NCBI RefSeq assembly: GCF_001194135.2
Contig: NC_068995.1
Coordinates: forward strand, 19,060,688-19,124,687
Length of the DNA: 64,000 nt
From: Octopus bimaculoides
Taxonomy: Eukaryota
Direction of reading: 5' to 3'
Shown: positions 11,192 through 24,478 of the stretch, piece by piece
How positions within the stretch are numbered: position 1 is the first letter of the stretch
Layout: the number at the start of each line of letters is the position of its first letter
Position numbers and translations under genes: made by a program
Notes under the pieces: generated by a model
Database searches by the model: none
Told to the model about the DNA's origin: nothing
The model's input: the letters and a program-made list of their open reading frames with translations, nothing else

Positions 11192-13514
11192 CCTTAAGGA
11201 CGAATTCTTCAGAAAATCCCGCTGCAATAGCGCGCAACGATAAAGGGATGCAATTATGATAAACATGCATGCCTCTTTCTAATCAGTCTGCAACATATTC
11301 ATCTTAAACTATATAAACCGTAGCAAACATTAGCAAAAACAATGGAATAAATGTATTCACAAAAAAACACTCATATATCTGTGTGTGTGCGTGTACGTAC
11401 ATGTGCATATATATNNNNNNNNNNNNNNNNNNNNNNNNNNNNNNNNNNNNNNNNNNNNNNNNNNNNNNNNNNNNNNNNNNNNNNNNNNNNNNNNNNNNNN
11501 NNNNNNNNNNNNNNNNNNNNNNNNNNNNNNNNNNNNNNNNNNNNNNNNNNNNNNNNNNNNNNNNNNNNNNNNNNNNNNNNNNNNNNNNNNNNNNNNNNNN
11601 NNNNNNNNNNNNNNNNNNNNNNNNNNNNNNNNNNNNNNATATATATATATGTATATATATATATATTAATATTTATATAAATATATACATATATATATCC
11701 ATATGTATGCATATATATATATGTGTGTATGTGTACGTATATTTTCTATTTAATTGGCGATACAAAGGGTAATAACCGTATTAAGTTATAGAAGCCAGTG
11801 CTACACTTCAAAGATTTATTACAGAAACTAATACGCTATAGATGGCATATGGTTAAACACACGTGCAACAGATACAAGGAGAAATACATGTCCATTCTCA
11901 CAAGAAAACAAACAGCTGTAATGATATGCATATATTCATAAACGGATTACTATTGAACCTGATCTTTATGTATAAAAAAGATGCATGTTTATATACAAGT
12001 AATACGCATATAAATGCGTATTATACACACACACNNNNNNNNNNATAAGTATGTATGTATATATATGTCTGTATAATGTTGGTACTTGCATATACATGTA
12101 TATTTTATCTGTGTATACATGTATAAACCTATATGTATGTGTGTGTGTGTGTATGTATACGTATATATATATTTATGGAATCTATTCGCAGCATAAGAGA
12201 TACAGTACCGAGAAGTATAGAAGTTCAATAATTAGTCGAAATATTGTTCAACACACCGTTTTATATATATATATATATATATATCCAGAGAGAGAAAGAA
12301 AGACATAAATATAGATAGATTGATAGATAGATAGATATGTATATATGTATGTATACATATTTCTGAAGCTATACTATATAATAAAAGAATATTTTTTAGA
12401 CAATTTTTCCATAAATTATTAAGCATTTACTTTTATTGGGCACTAAAAGAAGATTGTATACTGGTTTCTGTACGGAACATTAAGCTGATTCAGCCGTGAA
12501 TTCATGATACTTTAAAAGATTTGTATTGTTTACGGGATGATTTGGTGTTAGTAAGTATAGAGGGAGAGATAGGTGCTATCTGTATGAATAGATGGTTGGA
12601 AAACGCCAAATGTATTACTATAGTTCAAAGAATTACCTTTACAGAACTACCGATCTGATTAGTACGAATCTGTGCTATAGACGTACGTACCTACTGAATA
12701 CTACTACGCACACACCACCGAGCGCACGTACACAAATATATATATATATATATATATANNNNNNNNNNNNNNNNNNNNNNNNNNNNNNNNNNNNNNNNNN
12801 NNNNNNNNNNNNNNNNNNNNNNNNNNNNNNNNNNNNNNNNNNNNNNNNNNNNNNNNNNNNNNNNNNNNNNNNNNNNNNNNNNNNNNNNNNNNNNNNNNNN
12901 NNNNNNNNNNNNNNNNNNNNNNNNNNNNNNNNNNNNNNNNNNNNNNNNNNNNNNNNNNNNNNNNNNNNNNNNNNNNNNNNNNNNNNNNNNNNNNNNNNNN
13001 NNNNNNNNNNNNNNNNNNNNNNNNNNNNNNNNNNNNNNNNNNNNNNNNNNNNNNNNNNNNNNNNNNNNNNNNNNNNNNNNNNNNNNNNNNNNNNNNNNNN
13101 NNNNNNNNNNNNNNNNNNNNNNNNNNNNNNNNNNNNNNNNNNNNNNNNNNNNNNNNNNNNNNNNNNNNNNNNNNNNNNNNNNNNNNNNNNNNNNNNNNNN
13201 NNNNNNNNNNNNNNNNNNNNNNNNNNNNNNNNNNNNNNNNNNNNNNNNNNNNNNNNNNNAAATAAACAAACAAAAAGGCTGTACAGCCAGACGTGAAGTG
13301 TGTATGTCTTGAACGCTGTGAAGCACGTACAGGAGGGGCAAAGAAGTACGTGCGAGCTTGGTGATTCCAAGAACGAAAAGAAATAGCAGCCGGACACACG
13401 TGACCAAGGCTGTGTGAAGAGAAAGAGTAGCAGAGGGAAATGAAGGGGAGGAAGTAGAATAAAAATGAGCAACGAGAGGTAGAGAGAGAGAGAGAGAGAT
13501 AGTAGTAGTAACGG

Positions 13515-13554
<40 letters not shown>

Positions 13555-13862
13555 GTATTCTGCTAGTAACGTAGCAGGGTACAAATTAAAGGTCGTTCAC
13601 CCTTAGAATTACCAAATAGCCGGTAGTATTACGGTATACTTCGAAGTCTAGGTATAAACATTCTTCGGGGACACCAATTTTATATCACCTGAAGAAATAC
13701 AAACGAATCCCATTATACAGGTAAACTGTTGCATAATTAAATTCCTGTACACATGAAGATCTATGTCGTAGGGTGTAGTAATTATAGAATACCTGTCTAA
13801 CCGTAACCTTTGTTGACTCTATCTCATTAAATTATACATACATACATACACACAGACACAAG

Positions 13863-13894
<32 letters not shown>

Positions 13895-13954
13895 CAAACA
13901 CACACACCTACATACATAAACAAACGTATGCATATATAAAATAGAAAGACAGAC

Positions 13955-13994
<40 letters not shown>

Positions 13995-14225
13995 TTCTAA
14001 TTGAACATTCAACGTTGCGTAATCATTGGAAATCCTAAGAATTTCGTCGTGTGTATGGAAAGTCTTCAATTCCATACCATCTCAGTAATCCTGCCACAAC
14101 AAGCGTCAGTCGACTTTGACAACATTAAGTTTTTGTATTGTTAAGACTTCTTGCCAGTATGCCCTCCGAGAAATTTCACTTTCATCATGCTCATGTAAGT
14201 AACCAAATTTAGCCATATGTTTTAA

Positions 14226-16609
14226 CTCTTTCAAGCTGGGTGGTACAAATAAAGTACTACTTATTTGTTTCAGTTTAATGAGCAGTGGTACGTAATTCTT
14301 ACCACGACTTAAAATTATTTTCGCTGCATAGTGGGTTGCTCAGAAAACGTGCCACTTCATCTATCAACCAATCAGAAGCTACCCTTACATTTGGCAACAA
14401 TTTCTGCCACTCAAACGGAATATTTTTTTCAGTTGAATCTATTTTGTGCCAAAGGTCAGTTGACGAAAAAACAAGAGCACCAATTTTTTGTTATAAATTT
14501 GTTTAATGAAGTGAGGGTAAGAAGATTTATTTTTATATTTTACTCATGAAAAGTATTTAGCATAATTGTAGGTAAATTATTAAAATTTGAACGTTTACAT
14601 TTAGTTAAATTGGTGGTTCATTTTTAAAACCATTGAGCATCCAAATAAACAAACACGTGTTCGTACTATGAAGAGTTGATTTAGGATTCTAAAATTAATA
14701 TGTATCTTTTATACTTTTATGCCTTATAGTTATTTGTATTAAATTGATGCTTGAAAATTTAACTTAGTTAATACGAAATTAGAAGTAATTGGAAATTGTA
14801 ATTTGATATACCTATATTTTTATTTGAAGTACCTACCTACGTAGCAATAGTGTGCTGATATTTTTGAAGAAGGTGCCTAGATAATATAAATATATATTTT
14901 TAAGATTTATACATTCCTTATGACATTGTGAAGAGACAACTAGTAATATTTGTTGATTTAACCCTTACAGAATGTCTCGCCACCGAAATCTATTATCTCT
15001 AAAGGAAATTGAGGAAATTTTGTATGAAGATATTCATTCAGACAATGAATCAACTTGTAATGATGATGACTCAGATGAAACTTTGGAAGAACAAAATAAT
15101 GACCAGGGCGAAGTAACAACAACTATAGAGTTTGATGTTTTATCATAATTTGATTCAGATGATGTTCCATTAGCCTCCTTTGCAGGTAATAAAAATCAAA
15201 AATGGGCTAAGGTAAATATTGCACACCCAACAAATGTTTTAACACAACAAGTGGTGTACCAAAAGATATCCAGGAAATGCAAGAGCCCACACCTTTTGAA
15301 ATATTCCACAAGTTGTTCACTGATAACATAGTAGAGGATATTGTTTTTCATACTAATTTGTACGCTGTTCAATCAGGCAAAATTTGGTTCCTATCTCTGC
15401 GAAAGAAATAAAAACTTTTTGGCAATTAATTTGAAAACATGTTATTGTGCTAGTGATGTAGGTTCAGTGGACGATCAATGGTAAAATTTAAGGGTAGGAA
15501 TAATCTAAAGCAATAAGTAAGAGTTACAAAATTCGGGTAGTGGCAGATAAATCAGGACATTTCATTGATGGTGAAATACATACAGGTAAAAATGCTGGTA
15601 AAGTTACAAGAGACTTAGGAGGGAATGTAGTTAGAACACTAACAAGTCAACTGAAAGGGAGAAACCATAAACATTTTTTGACAACTGTTTTACTAGCTAT
15701 GACCTAGTTAAGAAATTTAAAACATATCAATTATTTGCATGTCACACTGTAAATAAGAAAAAGGTGAAGTTTCTTTAATCTTATTAGAATGACAAAGACT
15801 TGGAAAGAGGTGAACATGACTGATTGATATCTGATGATGGAATCTCGGCTGTAAAACTGAAAGATAAGAGAGTGATATATGCTACTTCAAGTTTTCATGA
15901 ACCTACTGAAAGATACCAAGTTCAAGACGAGGAAAGGATGGAAGCAAGCTCCAAATAAACTGTCCATTTATTATAAAAGATTATAACCTAAATATGAATT
16001 GTGGAGATAAGTTTGACCAACTACAGAAAACCTATGAAATAGATCGTAAAAGTCACAAATTGTGGCACAGAATATTTTTTTTTACTTTCTTGATGGAGCA
16101 GTTGTAAACGCTTTCATACTTCATAAGAAAGTACAGGACAGCAATATGACACTGGAAAATTTCAGATTGAAATTATTGATGGGATAGCAGCAGAATCTAT
16201 AGTGTTAAAGAGAAAGACTAAAGGGTATTCCATAGAAATTAAAAGCTGAAAGCCTCGTGTTACATTAGGGATTCGAAAGAGAGAGTTGGCTCATTAACCG
16301 ATAAGTGGAACTAGAAGGAGGTGTGTTTTGTGCAGTTCAAAAGCTAGAAAAATCAGAACAGAGTGGAAATGTTCTATTTGCGAAGACCTTCTCTGTCTTG
16401 GTAAAAAGAAGCAATATTTCCATGATTATCACAAATAAAGATGTACCTATTGTTCGGTGATACAAATTTTAGACCACCTCCATTAAGTCGAAATTATATA
16501 CTTTTGGGAATTTCCAACTAGAATTACTTAATTTAGATAATGATAAAGGACAAATTTATGTGTGGTCAATGTAAGGTCAATGAAAAAATTTTTGCCCCTC
16601 TGAGAAGAC
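14226..16609 (+). mobile_element. piggyBac-superfamily DNA transposon, decayed
   Basis: TTAA at 14222-14225 followed by CTCTTTCAAGCTGGGTGGTACAAAT; transposase remnant inside. Candidate right end GAGAAGAC|TTAA at 16610-16613 matches the left terminus only 9/16, so the right boundary is uncertain. Confidence 0.7.
14972..16438 (+). pseudogene. piggyBac transposase pseudogene (DDD domain plus C-terminal Cys-rich domain)
   Basis: MSRHRNLLSLKEIEEIL acidic N-terminus; SVDD-MVKFKGR..LKQ; KIRVVADKSG...EIHTGK; FDNCFTSYDLV; YNLNMNCGDKFDQL..YEIDRKSHKLWHRIFF; FLDGAVVNAFIL; RRRCVLCSSK...WKCSICEDLLCLGKKKQYFHDYHK*. Many frameshifts, stops and internal deletions. Confidence 0.93.
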
Positions 16610-16834
16610 TTAAATTTAAAATGTCTTACTTTTTGATCTGCTCAGGTGAATTATTACCCACCCCTCCATCAGAATTGGAAGCTTCACCGGCTCTGTTTCT
16701 GTCGAGCAAATGCAAGCTCTTTTTACACATTTCAAACCAGGAAAGTTTGTAACGTAGATGTTTCAGTTTCCATTTATTTGAAAATCGTCATACAATCTTT
16801 CAGCATTTATTTTAATTTTCATTACACTTATTGA

Positions 16835-17110
16835 CACATGAAATCGTCTCCGATCCTTGAACCAAGCAACAGCAGCTGCTCCGTTTTAAGCATCCCATTA
16901 GATCTGTGCAGAAATAAGGTTCGAACATAAAACGCAGTATCATCCTAAGCTCAGGAGTTAATTTTCTCTCGATTGTCACGTATTGTTCTCTCTGTAGATT
17001 TTGTAAGCTTTCATGTTGTGGCTATGTGGCTGTCTTTTTCTCGCACAGGAAGCCTTTTTAAAATATCAAGTTTAGTGCCCGGTGTAACATTATTTACGGT
17101 TCCTTTTCGC
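16835..17110 (-). pseudogene. Tigger/pogo (CENP-B-like) transposase N-terminal HTH fragment
   Basis: Minus strand: TPGTKLDILKRLPVREKDSHIATT*KLTKSTERTIRDNREKI, then RSNGMLKTEQLLL/WFKDRRR after frameshifts. These fit the CENP-B HTH_psq and second HTH motifs. Confidence 0.72.
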
Positions 17111-17363
17111 ACAACTGCTTTCAGTTCCACTTGATGGCTTCTTTCCAGACTACTTGAATTGTAGGTAATTCCTACAGTGGCAACGATCTTAAATTATCCA
17201 CAACAAATACGTAGTAATAAAGATACAAAGAAAGAAGAATTTCGTAAGAGTAAAAAAACAATGATTGTGTTATTTCGCAGGATCTGAGAATGGAAATGAG
17301 AAGATAAAATGGTGTAAGTGATGCATACACTGAGCACTTGCATACATACACATGCACACACAC

Positions 17364-17401
<38 letters not shown>

Positions 17402-18057
17402 NNNNNNNNNNNNNNNNNNNNNNNNNNNNNNNNNNNNNNNNNNNNNNNNNNNNNNNNNNNNNNNNNNNNNNNNNNNNNNNNNNNNNNNNNNNNNNNNNNN
17501 NNNNNNNNNNNNNNNNNNNNNNNNNNNNNNNNNNNNNNNNNNNNNNNNNNNNNNNNNNNNNNNNNNNNNNNNNNNNNNNNNNNNNNNNNNNNNNNNNNNN
17601 NNNNNNNNNNNNNNNNNNNNNNNNNNNNNNNNNNNNNNNNNNNNNNNNNNNNNNNNNNNNNNNNNNNNNNNNNNNNNNNNNNNNNNNNNNNNNNNNNNNN
17701 NNNNNNNNNNNNNNNNNNNNNNNNNNNNNNNNNNNNNNNNNNNNNNNNNNNNNNNNNNNNNNNNNNNNNNNNNNNNNNNNNNNNNNNNNNNNNNNNNNNN
17801 NNNNNNNNNNNNNNNNNNNNNNNNNNNNNNNNNNNNNNNNNNNNNNNNNNNNNNNNNNNNNNNNNNNNNNNNNNNNNNNNNNNNNNNNNNNNNNNNNNNN
17901 NNNNNNNNNNNNNNNNNNNNNNNNNNNNNNNNNNNNNNNNNNNNNNNNNNNNNNNNNNNNNNNNNNNNNNNNNNNNNNNNNNNNNNNNNNNNNNNNNNNN
18001 NNTATATATATATATATATACAGAGAGAGTGTGGGGATATATATGTGTACAGAAAAT

Positions 18058-18060
18058 AGG

Positions 18061-18134
<74 letters not shown>
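18058..18134. repeat. (GATA)n tetranucleotide array
   Basis: Direct reading. Confidence 0.97.
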
Positions 18135-19260
18135 TTTGACTACATATATAAGCACACATTTATACAGGCGTCCGGTATGGAGTGAAGGATCGTGGCACTC
18201 AGGATCCTAATGTCTTGGAGTAGATTCTTCAATCCCGTGTCATTGTCTACTCCTAAGCAAATCATATCTTCTAACGTTTTCCCTCTAAACTCGAATTTAC
18301 ACTAAGAATATTAATGCTGCATTCCAAGTGTCACATCTAGACTTTTCTTCTGAGTCAAGTCTGGGCAGGTGGAGAAGATACGTTATGTCTTCCTCTTCTG
18401 AATACATGAGGCCCTTAATTAGCGTAAGTGTGGCACATGCTACCAAACATGACTCGTTTGCTTGTAACGACTTTAGTGTGTAATTACACCGTTTAACACG
18501 ATATTTGTCCTTGGGGAGTAATTGTTCATTCCTATCTGCTTACCCCTTGAAAGTATGAAAACTGCTTCGTATTTCCTTGAAATCCTGCTTTTGGTACGTT
18601 GGTTCGAACTCCAAAGAATCAGATGGCTCTGATGCTACCCCACTATTCCTGTTGATGATCTGAAATACACATATTTTAATTACTATGGGGCATGTTCAAA
18701 TGGTGGAGGTCAAGCAACTGACAAGTAAATCTTCGATATTGAGCAGAATATTTGCTATAACGATACTTCTGCTTCAGTAATTCAGCACCGAATCTCTTTG
18801 AAATGTAATGGAACATAGGTATGTTTCGAAACATCGATGTACAGGTAAAAAAAAAAGTAAAGTTTGAAGGGAATAGTAGTAATTTCTTTTCGTTTCTAGA
18901 TAGAAGCAAATAGGAAATAACACTTATTCGCCAAAGACAAGACCTAAATAAAAATGTTGTTACTTAGTGTTATTATTGAGTAGATTGAAAAGAAATATAT
19001 TCCGACAAGATTACTTAGAAATCTTTACATCGAGTAGAACTAAATTATTGTTATACCCCCTCATTCCAATATCCAATTAGCATTATTTATCTCACTAGAA
19101 CGATGGAATAACTGAAAATGCACTCAATATCGATATAATTTGATTAAAACATTTAAATCCACTCTCCAAACATGGTCACGTTTTAAAATATAGAGAATAA
19201 TTAGGGCAGGTAGGTATAGCGTTATACAAGTCAAATAGTTCCATGGATATAGATATCGGT

Positions 19261-19478
19261 TTGAAATTTTAACACGTGGCCAGTAATTTCAAGGTAGCGG
19301 TAAGTCGATTAGATCAACCCCCAGACACCCTAATGATCTACGTGTACTTAATTTATTGTTCCTGAGATGACGAAAACAAAAGTCGACTTCCATGGGATTT
19401 GAACGTCGGATCTAACGTCAGATCATGTGCTACTAAGATTTGTCCGGCGTGATAGCAACTCTGCCAGTTCATCGCCTT
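19261..19478 (-). mobile_element. SINE family B, diverged
   Basis: Reverse complement begins AAGGCGATGAACTGGCAGAGTTGCTATCACGCCGGACAAATCTTAG and carries GTTCAAATCCC...GAAGTCGACTTT. Confidence 0.8.
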
Positions 19479-19509
19479 ATTATCCATGTGTAAATCGCTT
19501 CATTATCCC

Positions 19510-19541
<32 letters not shown>

Positions 19542-19790
19542 TNNNNNNNNNNNNNNNNNNNNNNNNNNNNNNNNNNNNNNNNNNNNNNNNNNNNNNNNNN
19601 NNNNNNNNNNNNNNNNNNNNNNNNNNNNNNNNNNNNNNNNNNNNNNNNNNNNNNNNNNNNNNNNNNNNNNNNNNNNNNNNNNNNNNNNNNNNNNNNNNNN
19701 NNNNNNNNNNNNNNNNNNNNNNNNNNNNNNNNNNNNNNNNNNNNNNNNNNNNNNNNNNNNNNNNNNNNNNNNNNNNNNNNNNNNNNNNNN

Positions 19791-19832
<42 letters not shown>

Positions 19833-19924
19833 TATAATATTAGCTTGGTAAATAACATCATTGTGAATCATTGTAATTATTGCACCGAAGATACACAAGC
19901 CTCACTTAGTTTACCTTTTATATT

Positions 19925-20170
19925 TCACTTTTAACATTCAATGGACTGCAGTCATAGTGGGGTATTTTCTTTTAGTCGAATATATGGACCTATTCACACA
20001 TTTTTAAGTCTCGTACATTTTCAATCAGTTCCTTTTTGCCGTAAGCACATTAAACTGCTGTGGTGAATCACTGAAAGGGACCAACATAAACACAACGACA
20101 TGCTACATGCTTCCATCTAGCGAATTCATTCACAAAGCATGGGTTGGCTCTAGGCTATAGTTAAGGTACA
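19925..20170 (-). mobile_element. SINE family A, 3' and central part, headless
   Basis: Matches the reverse complement of 39480-39804 (e.g. ACTGCAGTCA...TTTAGTCGAAT; CACAAAGCATGGGTTGG...GGCTATAG). Confidence 0.7.
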
Positions 20171-20185
20171 AATATTTTTGGCTAG

Positions 20186-20860
20186 GCAGATGAAGATGCA
20201 AATATAAGAAACTAACACCTTACAGAACTCAAAGAATTTCTACTCAAACAAAAATACCTGTCTCTACTTATAGAAACTGGTATACAGTGTGCTATAGAAA
20301 TATCCATACACAAATTTAGTGCAACCCAAAACAGAGGAAAACAAAAACAGGTCATCCTATTTATAGTGACACACAATCCGTGTCACCAAAATATCTTTAG
20401 TATTGCCAAAGCAAATTTGCCAATCATTGCTCAAAATAAGGAATTAAAGGGTATAATCACGGATCGGGTTATGATTCTTTGTACAAGACAGCCGAATAAT
20501 TTTAAACAATTATTAACAAAGGCTAAGTTTCACATAAGCAAGAATTACAAATAATTCATTGAATCGAAGTGCAATGATAATCAATGTGGTACATGTCAGT
20601 TCATACATGTCGGTCAATATATGGGCGCAAAAACCGGGAATATATTTACAAATGGAAAAGTGTACTGTAAAAGAAGAAATTTGATTTACCGTATCAAATA
20701 CCCGAAGAGATATACGCCGGTTAGACTGGAAATGCATTATCGGAACGTTCACGTGTGCACCGACAGAAAATAAAGGAACATGATGTCCGTATAATACCTT
20801 CATGCAATCATCGGGCAACATGTGGTCAGAAGAAGTTTATAATATTCCCAATGGGGAATG
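20186..20860 (+). pseudogene. Penelope-like element remnant: RT C-terminal thumb, linker and GIY-YIG endonuclease
   Basis: DEDANIRN*HLTELKEFLLKQKY..LIETGIQ.AIEI...VILFIVTHNPCHQNIF...RQPNNFKQLLTKAKF...KCNDNQCGTC...NLIYRIK/EIYAG*TGNALSERSRVHRQKI. Confidence 0.88.
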
Positions 20861-20877
20861 ATATCGTATGATAATAA

Positions 20878-21030
20878 TCTTTCAGTTTCCATCTACCAAA
20901 TCCAGGCAGAAGGCTTTGGTTGGATATAGCAGAGGCAAGGTAGAAGATACCTGCCGAAGGTGCCACGCACTGGAATTGAACCACGAACCATGTATCAGGG
21001 AAGCAAATTTCTTTCCACGTAGCCGCACCT
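20878..21030 (-). mobile_element. SINE family A, 5' half with tRNA-like head
   Basis: Reverse complement AGGTGCGGCTACGTGGAAAGAAATTTGCTTCCC...GGTTCAATTCCAGTGCGTGGCACCTTCGGCAGGTATCTTCTAC matches the start of 39388. Confidence 0.82.
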
Positions 21031-21269
21031 ACGTCGATTATATTCTGGTTACCGCTTATTTTTTTTTTTATGCAATGAGAAGCAAACACAGAATATATAA
21101 TGTATTTGGGAATTATTATACATAGTAACTGTTAGGAAATTTCCCTCAAGTGACAAAAGAAATATCATAAATACAAATATACATGTATATATGGTTGTGT
21201 GTATATATAAATATATGTATATTTGTATGTATGTATGTATGTATGTATGCATGTATATATATATATGCA

Positions 21270-21313
<44 letters not shown>

Positions 21314-21615
21314 CACACACAAATATATATATGTATATATTTATATACATACACACACACATACGCACATATATATATGCATGTAATGTATGTGTGTACG
21401 AATGTATGTATGTATGTATATGTAATTTTTAAACGTTAGAGAATAATTCAACGGCATAAATTTAATGGTGTATAAAACTTGATATTTATAGTTTGTTGTT
21501 CAATAAAATATACTCGGATACTACTGAAGGTATTCCTCATTTAAATGGGTTTGTTATGTTGAATTTTATGTTATTATAATAATGTATTTTTCAGTTGGTT
21601 TCGACAATAAATACT

Positions 21616-21649
<34 letters not shown>

Positions 21650-22440
21650 TATGTATATGTCTATATGTGAGTATGAATATATAAAATTTTATATATGTGT
21701 GGACATTTGTGTATAATCTGATTTATTGTGCTCTTTCATCATGTTATAAACTATGAAACTAAGAACTGTTGCATGACATATACACGCACATGCTCTTTAC
21801 CATTTTGAATGTCATCCAAGAAAAAGAGTACACAAAAAGAAATACTAATAATTTTAGTAAACCAAATTTTCAACATCAAGAGAAGGAAGGTGCTCCCGGT
21901 TGTCTCTGTTGAAGAATTAAGATGAAATTTGTTACATATGCCGATATTTAAGTACTGTTATTTGGATCATAAACGCATGCGATGCTACGGAATCATACAC
22001 TGATTAGTTAGCAGACGGCGTTGAATAATAGAAAAGAAGGAAGAAGATAGACAACGCAGATGGGGAAGCGTGATTCTAGCACGAGTAACTTCTACCTGTT
22101 CATGGATAACAAGCTCATTTTCCAACCACGAGGCTTCACGTTCAGACCCACTACACATCACCATTTTTCAAGTTTCCTCTCCTATTACCTCGGGTGGACG
22201 AATATACCTAATGAATGAATTAGGTAGACAACCGTCTTATAAATGTAATTGTGCGAGTGAACGTGTGTGAGTGTGTGTGTGTGTGTGCGTGTAAAAATGT
22301 GTGAGTGTGTGTGGATGTGTGCGTGCGTGCGTGCGTCCGTGAGTATGTGTGCGTGTGCGTAAGTGAGTGAGTGCGTGAGCGTGCGTGTTTTTGTGAGTGT
22401 GTGTGCGTGTGTACTGTGTGTTGTGCTCAAGAATACAACG

Positions 22441-22517
22441 CACAGCTCGGTCCGCGAATGGAACTCACTACCGTATGATTGTGAGCTCGACGCTCCAACT
22501 ACTGAGCCATACGCCTT
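22441..22517 (-). mobile_element. SINE family C tRNA-like head fragment
   Basis: Reverse complement AAGGCGTATGGCTCAGTAGTTGG (A-box-like)...GAGTTCCATTCGCGGACCG (B-box-like); similar to the head end of 31478-31785. Confidence 0.65.
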
Positions 22518-23378
22518 AACTTACTTGTCATAATTTGGAACTTAGTCTGTCGGTTCAATTTACTGGACAATTATATAACAGGAACGTAAACACAACCAAC
22601 ACCGGTTGGTTAATAATTTCCACAATATTTTCATTAAAATACAGATCGGTATTTAAGAAATACAGATAGATTTAGAATAATAGAGGAGAAATAAAGACAG
22701 ACAAGAAGACAGAATATCGGAGAAAGAAAGAAAGAACGAAAGAAAGGAACGAAGAAAGAAAGAAGGAAAGGGAAACAAAGAAAGAGAAGAACACATTTTA
22801 TTCTGTATATTCATATTCCTTCTTTTTTAATTTGATATTTAATTTCGTCTTGTATAGTTCATGATTTTTCGTTATATTTATCGGTGCATTGTAATGGAAT
22901 TGATCAGGCCGGGTGCTGAATATTCTTCATACAAGTGTGCGATTAACGGAGTCGTGAGGTGACTAATTGAAAAGTTATAATGCTAAGAAATAGTTGGCAT
23001 TAGGAAAATATTGGCTAAGCTTATAGAAGATGATAGTAACAATCAAATTATTTCTCTTGACCTACAATATCAATACATAAGCGTATTATTGATCACATCA
23101 CTTCACGCTATCACATAACAGTTGCCGAAGTCTTCTGCACAGATTTTATACTAGGAAGTAAATATCTTGCCCTTCAGCAAGCTAATATATATATATATAT
23201 GTANNNNNNNNNNNNNNNNNNNNNNNNNNNNNNNNNNNNNNNNNNNNNNNNNNNNNNNNNNNNNNNNNNNNNNNNNNNNNNNNNNNNNNNNNNNNNNNNN
23301 NNNNNNNNNNNNNNNNNNNNNNNNNNNNNNNNNNNNNNNNNNNNNNNNNNNNNATATATACATGTGTGTGTGTTCGTC

Positions 23379-23420
<42 letters not shown>

Positions 23421-24354
23421 CACGTGAGCCTTGGCGTACCTGCCAGCGTGTTTGTGTGTGCGTGCGCGTATGCGTGTGTGTTAAGGGAATCGACTAAAAT
23501 GATTGCTCTGTCATGTATGACACAGTCTGTTGGAAAACGGTAAGAACCAGTGTTTTAGGAAACATTTCTTCGTATAATTAGCTTTTCAGCCGTTTGTAGC
23601 GACTAAGATATCTAGTAACGAAAGATTTGCGACTCTCAACTTAATCGGATTCAATGGACAAAAGAAACAGTAAGAATTTTACACAATATCAAACTATATA
23701 ATTATGTATGTACGTTTCTCTTTTTCTACCTCTCTTCTTTATATATTGCCGGCTTCTTATTGTACTTGTGTCACTTTATACGCGTGCGCACACAATTACA
23801 CACGCACACATACACACACACACTTACAAACACATACACGCAGTAACACGCATACGTATATGAAGGTGCTGAGTCATAGACATATAAAGAGTGAATAACC
23901 GACAAAGACATCAGTATTCTTGAGCGTATTTGAATAACGAATCGTGTGTCGTTGTTAAAGTTGTATATATATATATATGCGCATTTGTGTGTATGTATGT
24001 GAGAGATAGAGTGAGAGAGAGTGAGAGAGAGTGAGAGTGAGAGAAAGTGAGAATGCAGCAGAGCTTTGGAGATGAAGTAAGGGAACGCAGATGTATGACA
24101 ATTGTATTGGATACTAACATCAAATCAATAGTATTAATTTATCTTGAACTCTGATAGCAAAGAGAGTAACGAAATGCACACTGAACCACCTGTTAAACGC
24201 GGCGAATCAATCTAGTCAACATTTTATTTAGTTCCTCTGTAGATCTAAATGCTAGTGAAAAGCTTCTGGGGTGGTGAGTCCTTACTTTTATTTTCCGAAA
24301 ATGACATAAAATCAATATATACATATATATTTATGTAAGACCTCGCATGATAAT

Positions 24355-24478
24355 TCTTTGTACTAAAGGCCTGAAATTTGCGGGGAGGGGACTAGTCGAT
24401 TACATCGATCTCAGTGTTTCACCTGTAGCAAATCTATCGACGCAGAAAGGATGTAAGGCGACGTGGACCTCGGCGGAA
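24355..24478 (-). mobile_element. SINE family B, 3' part
   Basis: AGGCCTGAAATTTGCGGGGAGGGGACTAGTCGATTACATCGAT...GAAAGGATGTAAGGC...GACCTCGGCGGAA. Confidence 0.8.

Noticed and set aside
14958-14970. TTAACCCTT as the piggyBac left terminus
   Set aside because: It sits 1 nt from the ATG, leaving no leader, and a better terminus exists at 14222-14250. It is read instead as a splice acceptor.
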